Assembly (NCBI GenBank): GCA_964543365.1
Contig: CAZIXU010000001.1
Span: 4,411-59,091 of the forward strand
Source: an uncultured bacterium
GTDB lineage: Bacteria; Deinococcota; Deinococci; Deinococcales; Marinithermaceae
Length of the DNA stretch: 54,681 nt
Direction: 5' to 3'
Positions 30,417 through 39,468 of the stretch are shown here, piece by piece. Made by a program: the position numbers and the translations under genes. The notes beneath the pieces are model-generated. The model did no database searches and was not told the origin of the DNA. It saw nothing but the letters and a program-made list of their open reading frames with translations. The stretch's first letter is position 1. Every line of letters begins with the position of its first letter.

Positions 30417-31438
30417 TGTTTCACCGCGCTTTTCTCGTGGACCAGCTCGACGGCCCGGGCGACCGACTCGGGCGGCGTACCCGGCAGAATGCCGTGGCCG
30501 AGGTTGAAAATGTGTCCCGGGCGACCGGCGTTGGCGCTGAGGACGGCGTCGATACCTCGCTCGAGCACACCAGCCGGAGCGAATAGCAGCGTCGGGTCGA
30601 GGTTGCCCTGCACCGGCCGCGTCCCCAGGCGGTCACGGGCCCAGTCGAGCGGAGTGGTGGTGTCCACGCCGATCGCGTCGCCGCCGGCGCTGGCCATGCT
30701 GCTGAGCAGGTGCATAGACTGGGTACCAAAGTGAATCACCGGTACGCCCAGCCCGGCCAAACGCTCGAAGAGGTGCTTCATGTGCGGAGCGACGTAGGTT
30801 TCGTAGTCGTAGCGTGTCAGCCGGCCGACCCAGCTGTCGAAGACCTGAAGGGCGTCGGCGCCGGCCGCTGCCTGGGCGCGCAGGTACTCGTACATCGCCG
30901 CGACCAGCTTGTCCAGCAACCGATTCCATGCCTGTGGCTGAGAGTACATGAACGACTTGAGCTTGACGAAGTTCTTGCTCGGCCCGCCCTCCACCAGGTA
31001 GCTGGCCAGGGTAAAGGGGGCGCCGGCGAAACCGATCAGGGGCACTTGCAGCTCGCTTTTGAGGATCTGGATCGCCTCGAGCACGAAAGGTGTTCCCTCC
31101 TCGGCGTCGAAGGGGGCTATACGCTCGACGTCGCCCGGCTCGGCAATAGGGTTGAAAATAACCGGCCCCTTGCCCTCGACGATGTCCAGATCGAAACCCA
31201 GGGCATAGAGGGGAGTGGTGATATCGGCGAAGAGGATCGCCGCGTCGAAACCGAACTGCCGCACCGGCAGCAGGGTTACTTCGGCGGTTACTTCGGGATG
31301 GCGGACGATCTCGGGTAAGGTGTAACGCTCGCGTATTTTGCGATATTCGGGCTGGTAACGCCCTGCCTGGCGCATGAACCAGACCGGGGTGTATTCGGTA
31401 GCCTCGCCACGGATGGCGCGAAGAAAGGTATCATTCAC
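30413..31438 (-). CDS. hemE: Uroporphyrinogen decarboxylase
   Basis: PVWFMRQAGRYQPEY, AAILFADI, GFAGAPFTLASY, FDSW, QGNLDP, FNLGHGI. Start placed at GTG 31438. Confidence 0.96.
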   Translation of the reverse strand: MNDTFLRAIRGEATEYTPVWFMRQAGRYQPEYRKIRERYTLPEIVRHPEVTAEVTLLPVRQFGFDAAILFADITTPLYALGFDLDIVEGKGPVIFNPIAEPGDVERIAPFDAEEGTPFVLEAIQILKSELQVPLIGFAGAPFTLASYLVEGGPSKNFVKLKSFMYSQPQAWNRLLDKLVAAMYEYLRAQAAAGADALQVFDSWVGRLTRYDYETYVAPHMKHLFERLAGLGVPVIHFGTQSMHLLSSMASAGGDAIGVDTTTPLDWARDRLGTRPVQGNLDPTLLFAPAGVLERGIDAVLSANAGRPGHIFNLGHGILPGTPPESVARAVELVHEKSAVKQ

Positions 31439-31536
31439 GGGCCTGATTCTATCCCGCCGGGGCGCGCAATTGTAGTATTCGTTACGGGCAAGCGGCCTTC
31501 GTGGCAAAAAGGACTGCTTGCTGCAAGAATGGAGCA

Positions 31537-32328
31537 GTGAAACTTGGCATTCTCGGTGACCCGGTAGAACACTCACTTAGCCCTAAAATGCACGGTGCGG
31601 CGATGGTCGCATTGGGAATATCAGGAAGTTACGACCTGCTGCCAACGCCGGCGGATCGGTTGGCGGAGCGGTTGCGAGAAGTCAGGTCGGGCTATCAGGG
31701 CGTCAACGTAACCGTACCCCACAAAAGAGCGGTAATAAGCCATCTCGATTCACTCGACGAGAGGGCCGCCATGATTGGTGCGGTCAACACCATCGTAAAC
31801 CGCGGCGGCCGCCTAACCGGTTACAACACCGACGCGCCCGGCTTTTACTGGGCTCTGGAGGGGGCTGGCCTGACCCCGGGTGAGGCGCTAGTACTGGGCG
31901 CCGGCGGGGCGGCGCGGGCGATAGTTTACGAGCTGGTCAACCGCGGCTGGCTGGTGGCGGTTTACAACCGGACGGTCGAAAGGGCGCAGGAACTGGTGGA
32001 GCAGCTTGGGGGCTGGCTGGTGGTCGGCAAAAAGATCGAAAAGGCGGTCAAAGAAACGCCGCTACTGATAAACGCCACATCGGTCGGGCTGAACGACCCT
32101 GACGCTTCGCCGTTGCCCGAAGGCGTTTTGCCGGAGTCCGGGGCGGTGGTCGACATCGTCTACGAGCCCATAAAGACCAAACTGCTACGCGATGCCGAGG
32201 CCGCCGGCTTGCAAACGCTCGACGGCTTGCAAATGTTGCTCGGCCAGGGAGTCCTGGCCTTCGAACTCTGGACGGGCGGACCGGCACCGGTCGAGGTAAT
32301 GCGCCAAGCCTTAGAAGGGAAAGAATAA
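31537..32328 (+). CDS. aroE: Shikimate dehydrogenase
   Basis: GDPVEHSLSPKMH, NVTVPHK, GAVNT, NTD, GAGGAARA, NRT, DIVY. Start placed at GTG 31537. Confidence 0.95.
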   Translation: MKLGILGDPVEHSLSPKMHGAAMVALGISGSYDLLPTPADRLAERLREVRSGYQGVNVTVPHKRAVISHLDSLDERAAMIGAVNTIVNRGGRLTGYNTDAPGFYWALEGAGLTPGEALVLGAGGAARAIVYELVNRGWLVAVYNRTVERAQELVEQLGGWLVVGKKIEKAVKETPLLINATSVGLNDPDASPLPEGVLPESGAVVDIVYEPIKTKLLRDAEAAGLQTLDGLQMLLGQGVLAFELWTGGPAPVEVMRQALEGKE

Positions 32329-32864
32329 TGGATGTACTGCTGTCGGCATTGCTGGTTTTCGCGCTCCGCCTGCTCGACGTGCCGCTTTCAACGGTTCGGA
32401 TGCTCTATATGGTTCGCGGCGAGCGCAGCACGGCCGCCCTGCTGGCATTTTTCGAGTCGCTAATCTGGCTTTTCGCCATCACGCGAGTCTTTGCCCACAT
32501 TTCTTCTCCGGCCCAGTACATTGGCTGGGCGGCCGGCTTCGCCACCGGTACCGCCTTGGGGATGGCTGTCGAGGGTTGGCTGGCTCCCGGGCAGGTATTG
32601 CTGCGTATAATCACCCGTAAAGACGCCGCCGGGCTGGTAGCCGCCTTGAGGGAGTCGGGCTATGGGGTGACAGAGATCCGTGGTGAGGGCAAGGAAGGCC
32701 CGGTTTCGCTCATCTTCGTTGTCAGTCAGCGTCGGCAGTTGAAAAAGTTGCTCAGGATGATAGAAGAACACAATCCGGCTGCTTTCGTAACGGTAGAGAA
32801 CACCCAGCGGGCTCGAGGCGGCCACTTACAGGACCTGCACTGGTGGCCGGGGGTACGTAAATGA
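32328..32864 (+). CDS. DUF5698/DUF2179 (UPF0316) membrane protein
   Basis: FALRLLDVPLSTVR, FFESLIW, AAGFATG, then a PII-like domain (LRESGYGVT...GEG...PAAFV). Confidence 0.8.
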   Translation: MDVLLSALLVFALRLLDVPLSTVRMLYMVRGERSTAALLAFFESLIWLFAITRVFAHISSPAQYIGWAAGFATGTALGMAVEGWLAPGQVLLRIITRKDAAGLVAALRESGYGVTEIRGEGKEGPVSLIFVVSQRRQLKKLLRMIEEHNPAAFVTVENTQRARGGHLQDLHWWPGVRK

Positions 32865-33457
32865 GCCAGGTTCTACGGACGCTGGCCGAGCCGGCCGGTT
32901 ACGAAGAAGAGGTAAAGAAGAGCCGCTTCGTCTGTTACGCCGGTCGGGTTGACGAGGTCGAAGAAACGACGCTCTTTTTGCAGTCGGTCATGGACGAGTC
33001 GGCGACCCACAACTGTTGGGCCTACAAGATTGGGCAGCAGTACCGCTTTTCTGATGACAGAGAACCCGGAGGGACCGCCGGGCAACCGATTCTGAGAGCC
33101 ATCGAAAGCCACGACCTCGATCACGTGATGGTAGTCGTCACCCGTTATTTTGGTGGTATCAAATTGGGAGCTGGTGGCTTGGTGAGGGCGTACGGCGGGG
33201 TAGCCGCCGAGTGCTTGCGGCGGGCGCGGATAATCGAGATCCAGCCGCGCCAGAGATTGAAAGTAGAGATCCCCTACGCCATCTCCGCCAAGCTCTACCC
33301 GCTTCTAGTCGGGGCCGAGGCGCTGGTATTGGGAGAGAGCTACGCTCCCGAAGCGCTGGTCTGGGAGGTCGAGGTCCCCGAGAACAAAGTTGAGGAGCTG
33401 AAGGTGGCATTTCGCGACGCCAGCAAGGGGCTGGCTAAAATCGAAGAGTTAGAATGA
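32861..33457 (+). CDS. YigZ/IMPACT family protein
   Basis: KKSRF, ATHNCWAY, SDD.EPGGTAG.PIL, VTRYFGGIKLGAGGLVRAY. Confidence 0.93.
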   Translation: MSQVLRTLAEPAGYEEEVKKSRFVCYAGRVDEVEETTLFLQSVMDESATHNCWAYKIGQQYRFSDDREPGGTAGQPILRAIESHDLDHVMVVVTRYFGGIKLGAGGLVRAYGGVAAECLRRARIIEIQPRQRLKVEIPYAISAKLYPLLVGAEALVLGESYAPEALVWEVEVPENKVEELKVAFRDASKGLAKIEELE

Positions 33458-35970
33458 GCCTCGTGCAGCAGCCCTCGCTTTTTGCGGAAAAGCCCAAGCG
33501 TATCGTTTTGGTAGACGGCCACCACCTGGCCTTCAGAAACTACTTTGCCCTCAAGGAAGCCGGACTGACGACCAGTCGCGGTGAGCCGGTTCACGCCGTT
33601 TACGGTTTTGCCCGCACCTTGCTCAAGCTTCTGCGCGAAGACGGGGAGTGCGTAATAGTGGTTTTCGACGCGCCGGGGCCGAGCTTCAGGCACGAGGAGT
33701 ACGCCGAGTACAAGGCCGGGCGGGCGGAAACGCCAGAAGATTTCCACCCGCAGCTGGAGTTGATCAAAAAGCTGGTAGACCTATTGGGATTGGTCAGGCT
33801 CGAGGTGCCCGGGGTAGAAGCCGACGACGTCATCGGGACGCTGGCCAAGAAGGCGGAGCGCGAGGGGTACGAAGTAGCCATCCTGACGAGCGACCGTGAC
33901 GCCTACCAGCTATTGTCCGACAAGGTCGTCGTATTGACGCCCGAGGGCAAGGAGATAGGACCGGAAGAACTGCGCCAGAAATACGGGGTAGGGCCCGAGC
34001 AGTGGGTCGACTACCGGGCGCTAACCGGCGATTCCTCAGACAACATTCCAGGAGTTCGCGGCGTCGGGCCCAAGACGGCTTCACGCCTCTTGCAGCAATG
34101 GAACAGCCTAGACGAGGTTTACGCCCACCTGGAAGAAGTTACGCCAGCCGGTCTGCGGAATAAGCTGGAGGAAGGCAAGGAAAACGCGTATTTTTCTCGG
34201 GAAATATCGCGCATGCGCACCGAGGTGCCTCTGCAAGTAGACCTTGCCAGCTGCCATCGCAACGAAATAGAAGCCGAGGGCCTGAAAAGATTTCTCCAGG
34301 AGCTGGAGTTTGGCAGCCTGATGCGCGAGCTAGGCTTACTGAGCGCCCAGAAGGCCGACAGAGCCGACTGGCCCCCGCCGAATGGCAGCTGGCTGGGTTA
34401 CACGTTTGACCAGCCGAGACCGATGTGGGCCGACTTAAAAGAGTTGGCGGCGGCCTGGGACGACAAGTACGCCGAGGGTCCGCCACGCCCGCTCGAGCTG
34501 GGCAGGTTTGGCAAACTCAGCGCCATCCTGGCGAAAGACCTGACCGTGTACGCGCTAAGAGAAGAAGTAGAGGCAGAGCCGGGAGACGACCCGCTGCTGT
34601 TGGCCTATATCTACGACCCCGGCAGCAGTTCGCCGGCCAGCGCCGTCAGAAGGTATGCCGCCGGTGACTGGACCGAGAAAGCCGCCGAAAGAGCCCTGGC
34701 TGCCAGGGGTTTGTGGCAGGCGATGGAAGAAAGGCTCTCCGGCGAGGATCAGCTATGGTGGCTCTACCGGGAGGTCGAAAAACCTCTGCAGGGCGTTTTG
34801 GCGCACATGGAGTATCGCGGTATAACCCTGGACGTCGAATATCTAAAATCGTTGTCAAGCGAGCTGGCCGGCGAGTTGGAGCGGTTGGAGGAAGACGTCT
34901 ACCGCCTGGCCGGGCATCCTTTCAACCTCAACTCGCGTGATCAGCTAGAGACCGTCCTCTACGATGAACTTGGCCTCAAGCCGAGCAAGCGGACGGCCAA
35001 GACGGGCAAGCGCTCTACGTCGGCCAGCGCCCTGGAAACCTTGCTCGGGGCGCATCCGATCATCGAAAAGATCCTGCAGTATCGCGAGCTGTCGAAGCTC
35101 AAGGGAACTTATCTAGACCCGCTGCCGAAGTTGGTTCACCCAAAAACCGGGCGCTTGCACACCCGCTTTCACCAGACCGGCACCGTTACCGGCAGGTTGG
35201 CCAGTTCCGACCCGAACCTCCAAAACATTCCCATCCGCACCGAGGTGGGGCGTAAGATCCGCCGCGGTTTTGTGGCCGCCCCCGGACACAAGCTAGTAGT
35301 CGCCGACTACTCGCAGATCGAACTGCGGGTGCTGGCCCACCTTTCGGGCGATGAGAATCTGAAGCAGATCTTCCGGGAAGGGCGCGACATCCACACTCAG
35401 ACAGCGGCCTGGATGTTCGGCCTGGACGGCGGCGAAGTGAACGTTTTCCAGCGCCGCGCCGCCAAGACCATCAATTTTGGCGTTCTCTACGGCATGAGCG
35501 CCCACCGATTGAGCCGTGAGCTGGGTATCGGATTTGGCGAGGCCCAGGCTTTCATAGACCGTTACTTCGACTCGTACCCTGGTGTTCGCCGCTTCATGGA
35601 GGAAACCCTGGAAAAAGCACGTGAGCGCGGCTATGTCGAAACCCTCTTTGGTCGCCGACGCCACGTAGCCGAGCTTAATTCCCGGGCCCGCAACGTTCGC
35701 GAAGCCGCCGAAAGGGCCGCTTTCAACATGCCGATACAGGGAACGGCGGCCGACCTGATCAAGCTGGCGATGGTCAAGCTGGAGCCAGAGCTGCCTGCGG
35801 GCGCCGCCCTGCTCGTCCAGGTACATGACGAACTAATCGTCGAGTCGCCACGACAAAGGGTGGACGAAACGGTGAAGATTGTGCGCGAGGTGATGGAAAG
35901 CGTTTGGGAGCTGGAAGTTCCGTTGCGGGTCGACGTTGGTGTAGGCGACAACTGGCTCGAGGCCAAATAA
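33454..35970 (+). CDS. polA: DNA polymerase I, Taq-type
   Basis: 5' nuclease LVDGHHLA, EADDVIGTLA, GDSSDNIPGV; polymerase motifs DYSQIELR, RRAAKTINFGVLYG, QVHDEL; 838 aa. Confidence 0.98.
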   Translation: MSLVQQPSLFAEKPKRIVLVDGHHLAFRNYFALKEAGLTTSRGEPVHAVYGFARTLLKLLREDGECVIVVFDAPGPSFRHEEYAEYKAGRAETPEDFHPQLELIKKLVDLLGLVRLEVPGVEADDVIGTLAKKAEREGYEVAILTSDRDAYQLLSDKVVVLTPEGKEIGPEELRQKYGVGPEQWVDYRALTGDSSDNIPGVRGVGPKTASRLLQQWNSLDEVYAHLEEVTPAGLRNKLEEGKENAYFSREISRMRTEVPLQVDLASCHRNEIEAEGLKRFLQELEFGSLMRELGLLSAQKADRADWPPPNGSWLGYTFDQPRPMWADLKELAAAWDDKYAEGPPRPLELGRFGKLSAILAKDLTVYALREEVEAEPGDDPLLLAYIYDPGSSSPASAVRRYAAGDWTEKAAERALAARGLWQAMEERLSGEDQLWWLYREVEKPLQGVLAHMEYRGITLDVEYLKSLSSELAGELERLEEDVYRLAGHPFNLNSRDQLETVLYDELGLKPSKRTAKTGKRSTSASALETLLGAHPIIEKILQYRELSKLKGTYLDPLPKLVHPKTGRLHTRFHQTGTVTGRLASSDPNLQNIPIRTEVGRKIRRGFVAAPGHKLVVADYSQIELRVLAHLSGDENLKQIFREGRDIHTQTAAWMFGLDGGEVNVFQRRAAKTINFGVLYGMSAHRLSRELGIGFGEAQAFIDRYFDSYPGVRRFMEETLEKARERGYVETLFGRRRHVAELNSRARNVREAAERAAFNMPIQGTAADLIKLAMVKLEPELPAGAALLVQVHDELIVESPRQRVDETVKIVREVMESVWELEVPLRVDVGVGDNWLEAK

Positions 35971-36103
35971 TGTAGCAGCTCCATTCGGAGAAGATTAGCC
36001 AGGTGCAGCCCAGGAAAACAAGAATATGCCAGCCCAAAATCGTGCTGTCGGTCCGGGCGCAAACACAATGCCGGAATAAATATCGAGTGGTAGGCTTGTC
36101 TTC

Positions 36104-37405
36104 ATGGAGCGTCGCTACTTCGGCACCGACGGAATCAGGGGGCGAGCAGGAGAAGAGCCGCTGACTCCGGAATTCGTACTAAACCTGGGTAAGGCGGCCG
36201 GCCGGTATTTCAAGCGGGAAGGTGTACGGCCTGTCGTCCTTTTGGGAAAGGATACCCGCGAATCGTGCGACATGCTCGAGGCCGCCCTGGCCGCCGGTCT
36301 ACTGAGCCAGGGGGTAGCCGTCGAGCACCTGGGCATACTACCCACACCTGGTGTTGCATATCTGACCGGTGAGCTCGGCGCAGACGCCGGTGTCATGATA
36401 TCTGCCAGTCACAACCCTTACTACGACAACGGCATTAAGTTCTTTGGTCCCGGGGGCCGGAAGCTGTCGGATGCAGCCGAGACGGCGATAGAAGCATTTA
36501 TCGAAGAAAAGAGCGCCGGTGACAGGATCGCTACGGTTCGCAACCATCAGGAAGCCGAGCGACTGTACATCGACCGCTTGCTGGCAATAGGCCCACGGCT
36601 GGACGGCATGAAGGTCGCCCTAGATACGGCCAACGGGGCAACGTACCGGGTGGCCGTTAAGGTATTCCAGCGTCTGGGCGCCGAGGTCTTCGCCATCTAT
36701 AACACTCCCGATGGCCGCAATATCAACAAGGGGTGTGGTTCTACCCACCCCGAGGCTTTGCAGCGTTTGGTGAAAGAGGGCCAGTTCGACATCGGGTTCG
36801 CCTTTGACGGTGACGGTGACAGAGTGGTTATGGTTGACGAACGCGGCCGGTTGGCGCATGGCGACTACGCTTTGTTGATTAATGCCGTGGTGCGTCGGGA
36901 GCCGGGCGTCGTCGGGACGATCATGAGTAATATGGCCCTCGAGCGCGCCCTGGAAAAGCGAGGAATAGGCTTTGAAAGAGCGCAGGTCGGTGACCGCTAC
37001 GTTTACCAGCGGCTGCTAGAGCGAGGCTGGCGTTTGGGAGGCGAGCAGAGCGGCCACGTACTCTTCATGGACGTGCTGCAAACCGGGGACGGTATCCAGA
37101 CCGCTTTGTTGACCCTGGAGGCGCTAAAGCAGTCAGAGCGATCACTGGCTAGCTGGGTAGACGAGATGCCGATGTATCCGCAACTGCTGCTGAACGTTCC
37201 GGTTCGCGACAAGCAGCGGGTCATGAGCCATGAGGAATTACCGGGGTGGATCGCCGAAGCGGAGAAGGTAATTGGAGACGGGAGGATAAACGTCCGTCCT
37301 TCGGGTACCGAACCGCTGGTGAGGGTGATGGCCGAAGGGGCAAGCGAGGAATTGGTAAGAAAAGCGGCCGAAATGCTGGCCGAGCGCATTGGCGAAATAG
37401 AATAA
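36104..37405 (+). CDS. glmM: Phosphoglucosamine mutase
   Basis: RYFGTDGIRG, ISASHNP..DNGIKFF, DGDGDR, GGEQSGH, RPSGTEP. Confidence 0.95.
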   Translation: MERRYFGTDGIRGRAGEEPLTPEFVLNLGKAAGRYFKREGVRPVVLLGKDTRESCDMLEAALAAGLLSQGVAVEHLGILPTPGVAYLTGELGADAGVMISASHNPYYDNGIKFFGPGGRKLSDAAETAIEAFIEEKSAGDRIATVRNHQEAERLYIDRLLAIGPRLDGMKVALDTANGATYRVAVKVFQRLGAEVFAIYNTPDGRNINKGCGSTHPEALQRLVKEGQFDIGFAFDGDGDRVVMVDERGRLAHGDYALLINAVVRREPGVVGTIMSNMALERALEKRGIGFERAQVGDRYVYQRLLERGWRLGGEQSGHVLFMDVLQTGDGIQTALLTLEALKQSERSLASWVDEMPMYPQLLLNVPVRDKQRVMSHEELPGWIAEAEKVIGDGRINVRPSGTEPLVRVMAEGASEELVRKAAEMLAERIGEIE

Positions 37406-37439
37406 TAACGGCCCCTGAGGCCAAGCCGCGGAGGTGGCA

Positions 37440-37733
37440 ATGAGCAGTAAAGCTTTGATCAGACTGGAGCTCCGCGTTGCCAGGGCCCTGAGCGAGATAA
37501 TTCACGAAATGAAAGATCCCCGCCTGCCGATTATCGTAACCGTCGAGCGGGTCAGACTGAGTCCCGACCTTTCGCAAGGCCGGGTGTTGATCAGCGCCCT
37601 GGAGCGCGAATCGGAAACGGTGGAGATTCTGAACCGGGCCCACCATTACTTGCAGGAGGAGTTGGCGCACAGCGTGGAACTGAGGCGCATTCCCCGCCTC
37701 AGCTTTTTTGCGGAGGGTGGCGAGGTGTTGTGA
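37440..37733 (+). CDS. rbfA: Ribosome-binding factor A
   Basis: KDPRL...TVERVRLSPDL, LRRIPRLSF; SD GGAGG before ATG 37440. Confidence 0.88.
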   Translation: MSSKALIRLELRVARALSEIIHEMKDPRLPIIVTVERVRLSPDLSQGRVLISALERESETVEILNRAHHYLQEELAHSVELRRIPRLSFFAEGGEVL

Positions 37734-38131
37734 GGACAGAGAGCAAGGTTCGCGTTCGCTACGCCGAAACAGACCAGATGGGAGTAGCTCACCATTCTTC
37801 TTACGTAGCCTGGCTGGAACTGGCTCGCGTAGACTGGCTCAAAGCGGCCGGACTCGACTACGCCGAGATAGAAAAGGGCGGGATTTTCTTCCCGGTGGTC
37901 GAGTTACACCTGCGTTATAAGAAACCGGTACACTTCGACGAAGAGCTGACCATAGAAACTTCGCTGGAGGAGCTGGCCAGCCGCCGCTTTTCCATGGCGT
38001 ACCGAATCTTCCAGAACGGCAAAATTGTAGCCGAAGGAACGACGATCCACGTTCCTCAGGACGCCTCGGGTCGTGCCAGACGCCTGCCTGATGACCTGCA
38101 AGTCGTTTTGGCGAGCGCGATGACGCGCTAA
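37730..38131 (+). CDS. Acyl-CoA thioesterase (YbgC/FadM hot-dog family)
   Basis: VRYAETDQMGVAHHSSYVAWLELAR motif. Confidence 0.9.
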   Translation: MRTESKVRVRYAETDQMGVAHHSSYVAWLELARVDWLKAAGLDYAEIEKGGIFFPVVELHLRYKKPVHFDEELTIETSLEELASRRFSMAYRIFQNGKIVAEGTTIHVPQDASGRARRLPDDLQVVLASAMTR

Positions 38132-38132
38132 A

Positions 38133-38153
38133 CTTGAGTGTGGTATACTAAAC
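38133..38153 (+). promoter_or_regulatory. Extended -10 promoter (TGG-TATACT) overlapped by a HAIR-like inverted repeat
   Basis: CTTGAGT-GTGGTAT-ACTAAAC versus HAIR consensus CTTGAGT-N7-ACTCAAG (12/14). Confidence 0.45.
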
Positions 38154-38184
38154 GTGAGCTCCGCGGTAAGCTGGAGCACGAGTT

Positions 38185-39420
38185 ATGGACGCCTACGAAC
38201 TCTTCGAACGTCACGTAAACCCCGGCCTGGCAGGACTGTTGCGGTTCACCGGTCTCGACGTGGTCGAGGACCACGCCGAGGGCGTATACGTCTGGGACAA
38301 ACAGGGGAAGAAATACCTCGACTTCCTCGGCCTGTATGGCACTTTGAGCCTTGGCCACCGCCATCCGCGGGTAGTGGAGGCGGTCAAGCGCCAGCTCGAC
38401 AAAATGCCGATGTCGGTTCGGGTAATGATTTCTGAACCAACGTCATTGCTGGCAGCCAAGCTAGCCGAGATAACCCCAGGCGACCTATCAATGACCTTCT
38501 TCGGTAACTCCGGCGCTGAGGCGGTAGAAGCGGCCTTCAAGCTGGCCCGGATTCTTACCGGTAAACCGGAGGTAATCACTACCGAAAAGGGGTTTCACGG
38601 TAAGACCATGGGGGCGCTTTCGCTTACGCCCAAGCCCGACTATCAAGAGCCGGTGCGTCCATTGGTGCCGGGAGTCAGGGTCGTTCCATTCGGAAACGCG
38701 GCCGCGGTAGAAGCCGCCATCGGGCCCGAAACGGCGGCGGTGATAGTCGAGCCGGTGCAGGGAGAGGGCGGGATCAACATTCCACCCGAGGGCTACCTGC
38801 GGGAGCTGCGCGAGATAACCAGTCAGAAGGGCGTCTTGCTGATCTTCGACGAGGTGCAGACCGGTATGGGCCGCACGGGGCGCCTCTGGGCCTCCGACTG
38901 GGAGGGTGTCGCACCCGACCTGCTGACCAGCGCCAAGGCGCTGGGCGGGGGCGTGATGCCGATAGGCGCAACCATTGGCCGGGAAGAGCTGTTCGAGCCC
39001 TTCAAAGAGAACCCGCTGATCCATTCTTCGACCTTCGGTGGCAATCCGCTTGCTGCCGTCGCGGCGCTGGCGGCGATCGAGGTGACTCTGGAAGAGGAGT
39101 TGCCGGCTCGAGCCGAAGAGATGGGGAAGTATCTGCTAGAGTCGCTTTCCGGTCTCAGGGACAGCTACCCAGACTTCATTTCCGACGTTCGCGGAAAGGG
39201 TCTGATGGTCGGGATCGAGTTCACCGACGCCGACATCGGCGCCATCGTTATTAGCGAGCTGGCTTCCCGGGGCGTTCTGACCGCCTTTGGGCTCAATAAC
39301 CCCAAGGTAGTCCGCCTGGAGCCGCCACTGATAGTCGGGCGCGAACACATAGACGAGGCCGTTGGCGCCCTGGACGAGAGCTTGCGGGCTGCCGGTGAGA
39401 TGCTTGCTGGCGTCCTGTAA
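38185..39420 (+). CDS. Class III PLP aminotransferase, putrescine aminotransferase (PatA)-like
   Basis: ERHVNPG, NSGAEAVE, FHGKT, EPVQGEGG, DEVQTGMGRTG, SAKALGGG (PLP Lys), STFGGNPLA; substrate uncertain. Confidence 0.8.
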   Translation: MDAYELFERHVNPGLAGLLRFTGLDVVEDHAEGVYVWDKQGKKYLDFLGLYGTLSLGHRHPRVVEAVKRQLDKMPMSVRVMISEPTSLLAAKLAEITPGDLSMTFFGNSGAEAVEAAFKLARILTGKPEVITTEKGFHGKTMGALSLTPKPDYQEPVRPLVPGVRVVPFGNAAAVEAAIGPETAAVIVEPVQGEGGINIPPEGYLRELREITSQKGVLLIFDEVQTGMGRTGRLWASDWEGVAPDLLTSAKALGGGVMPIGATIGREELFEPFKENPLIHSSTFGGNPLAAVAALAAIEVTLEEELPARAEEMGKYLLESLSGLRDSYPDFISDVRGKGLMVGIEFTDADIGAIVISELASRGVLTAFGLNNPKVVRLEPPLIVGREHIDEAVGALDESLRAAGEMLAGVL

Positions 39421-39468
39421 AGAAAAAGCCAAGGAGGCAGTGCGGGGTAAGACCCCGCGAGTAAACGC

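Noticed and set aside
35971-36103. Possible ncRNA or glmS-type ribozyme before glmM
   Set aside because: No recognisable conserved motif or strong structure; explained by a probable leaderless promoter.
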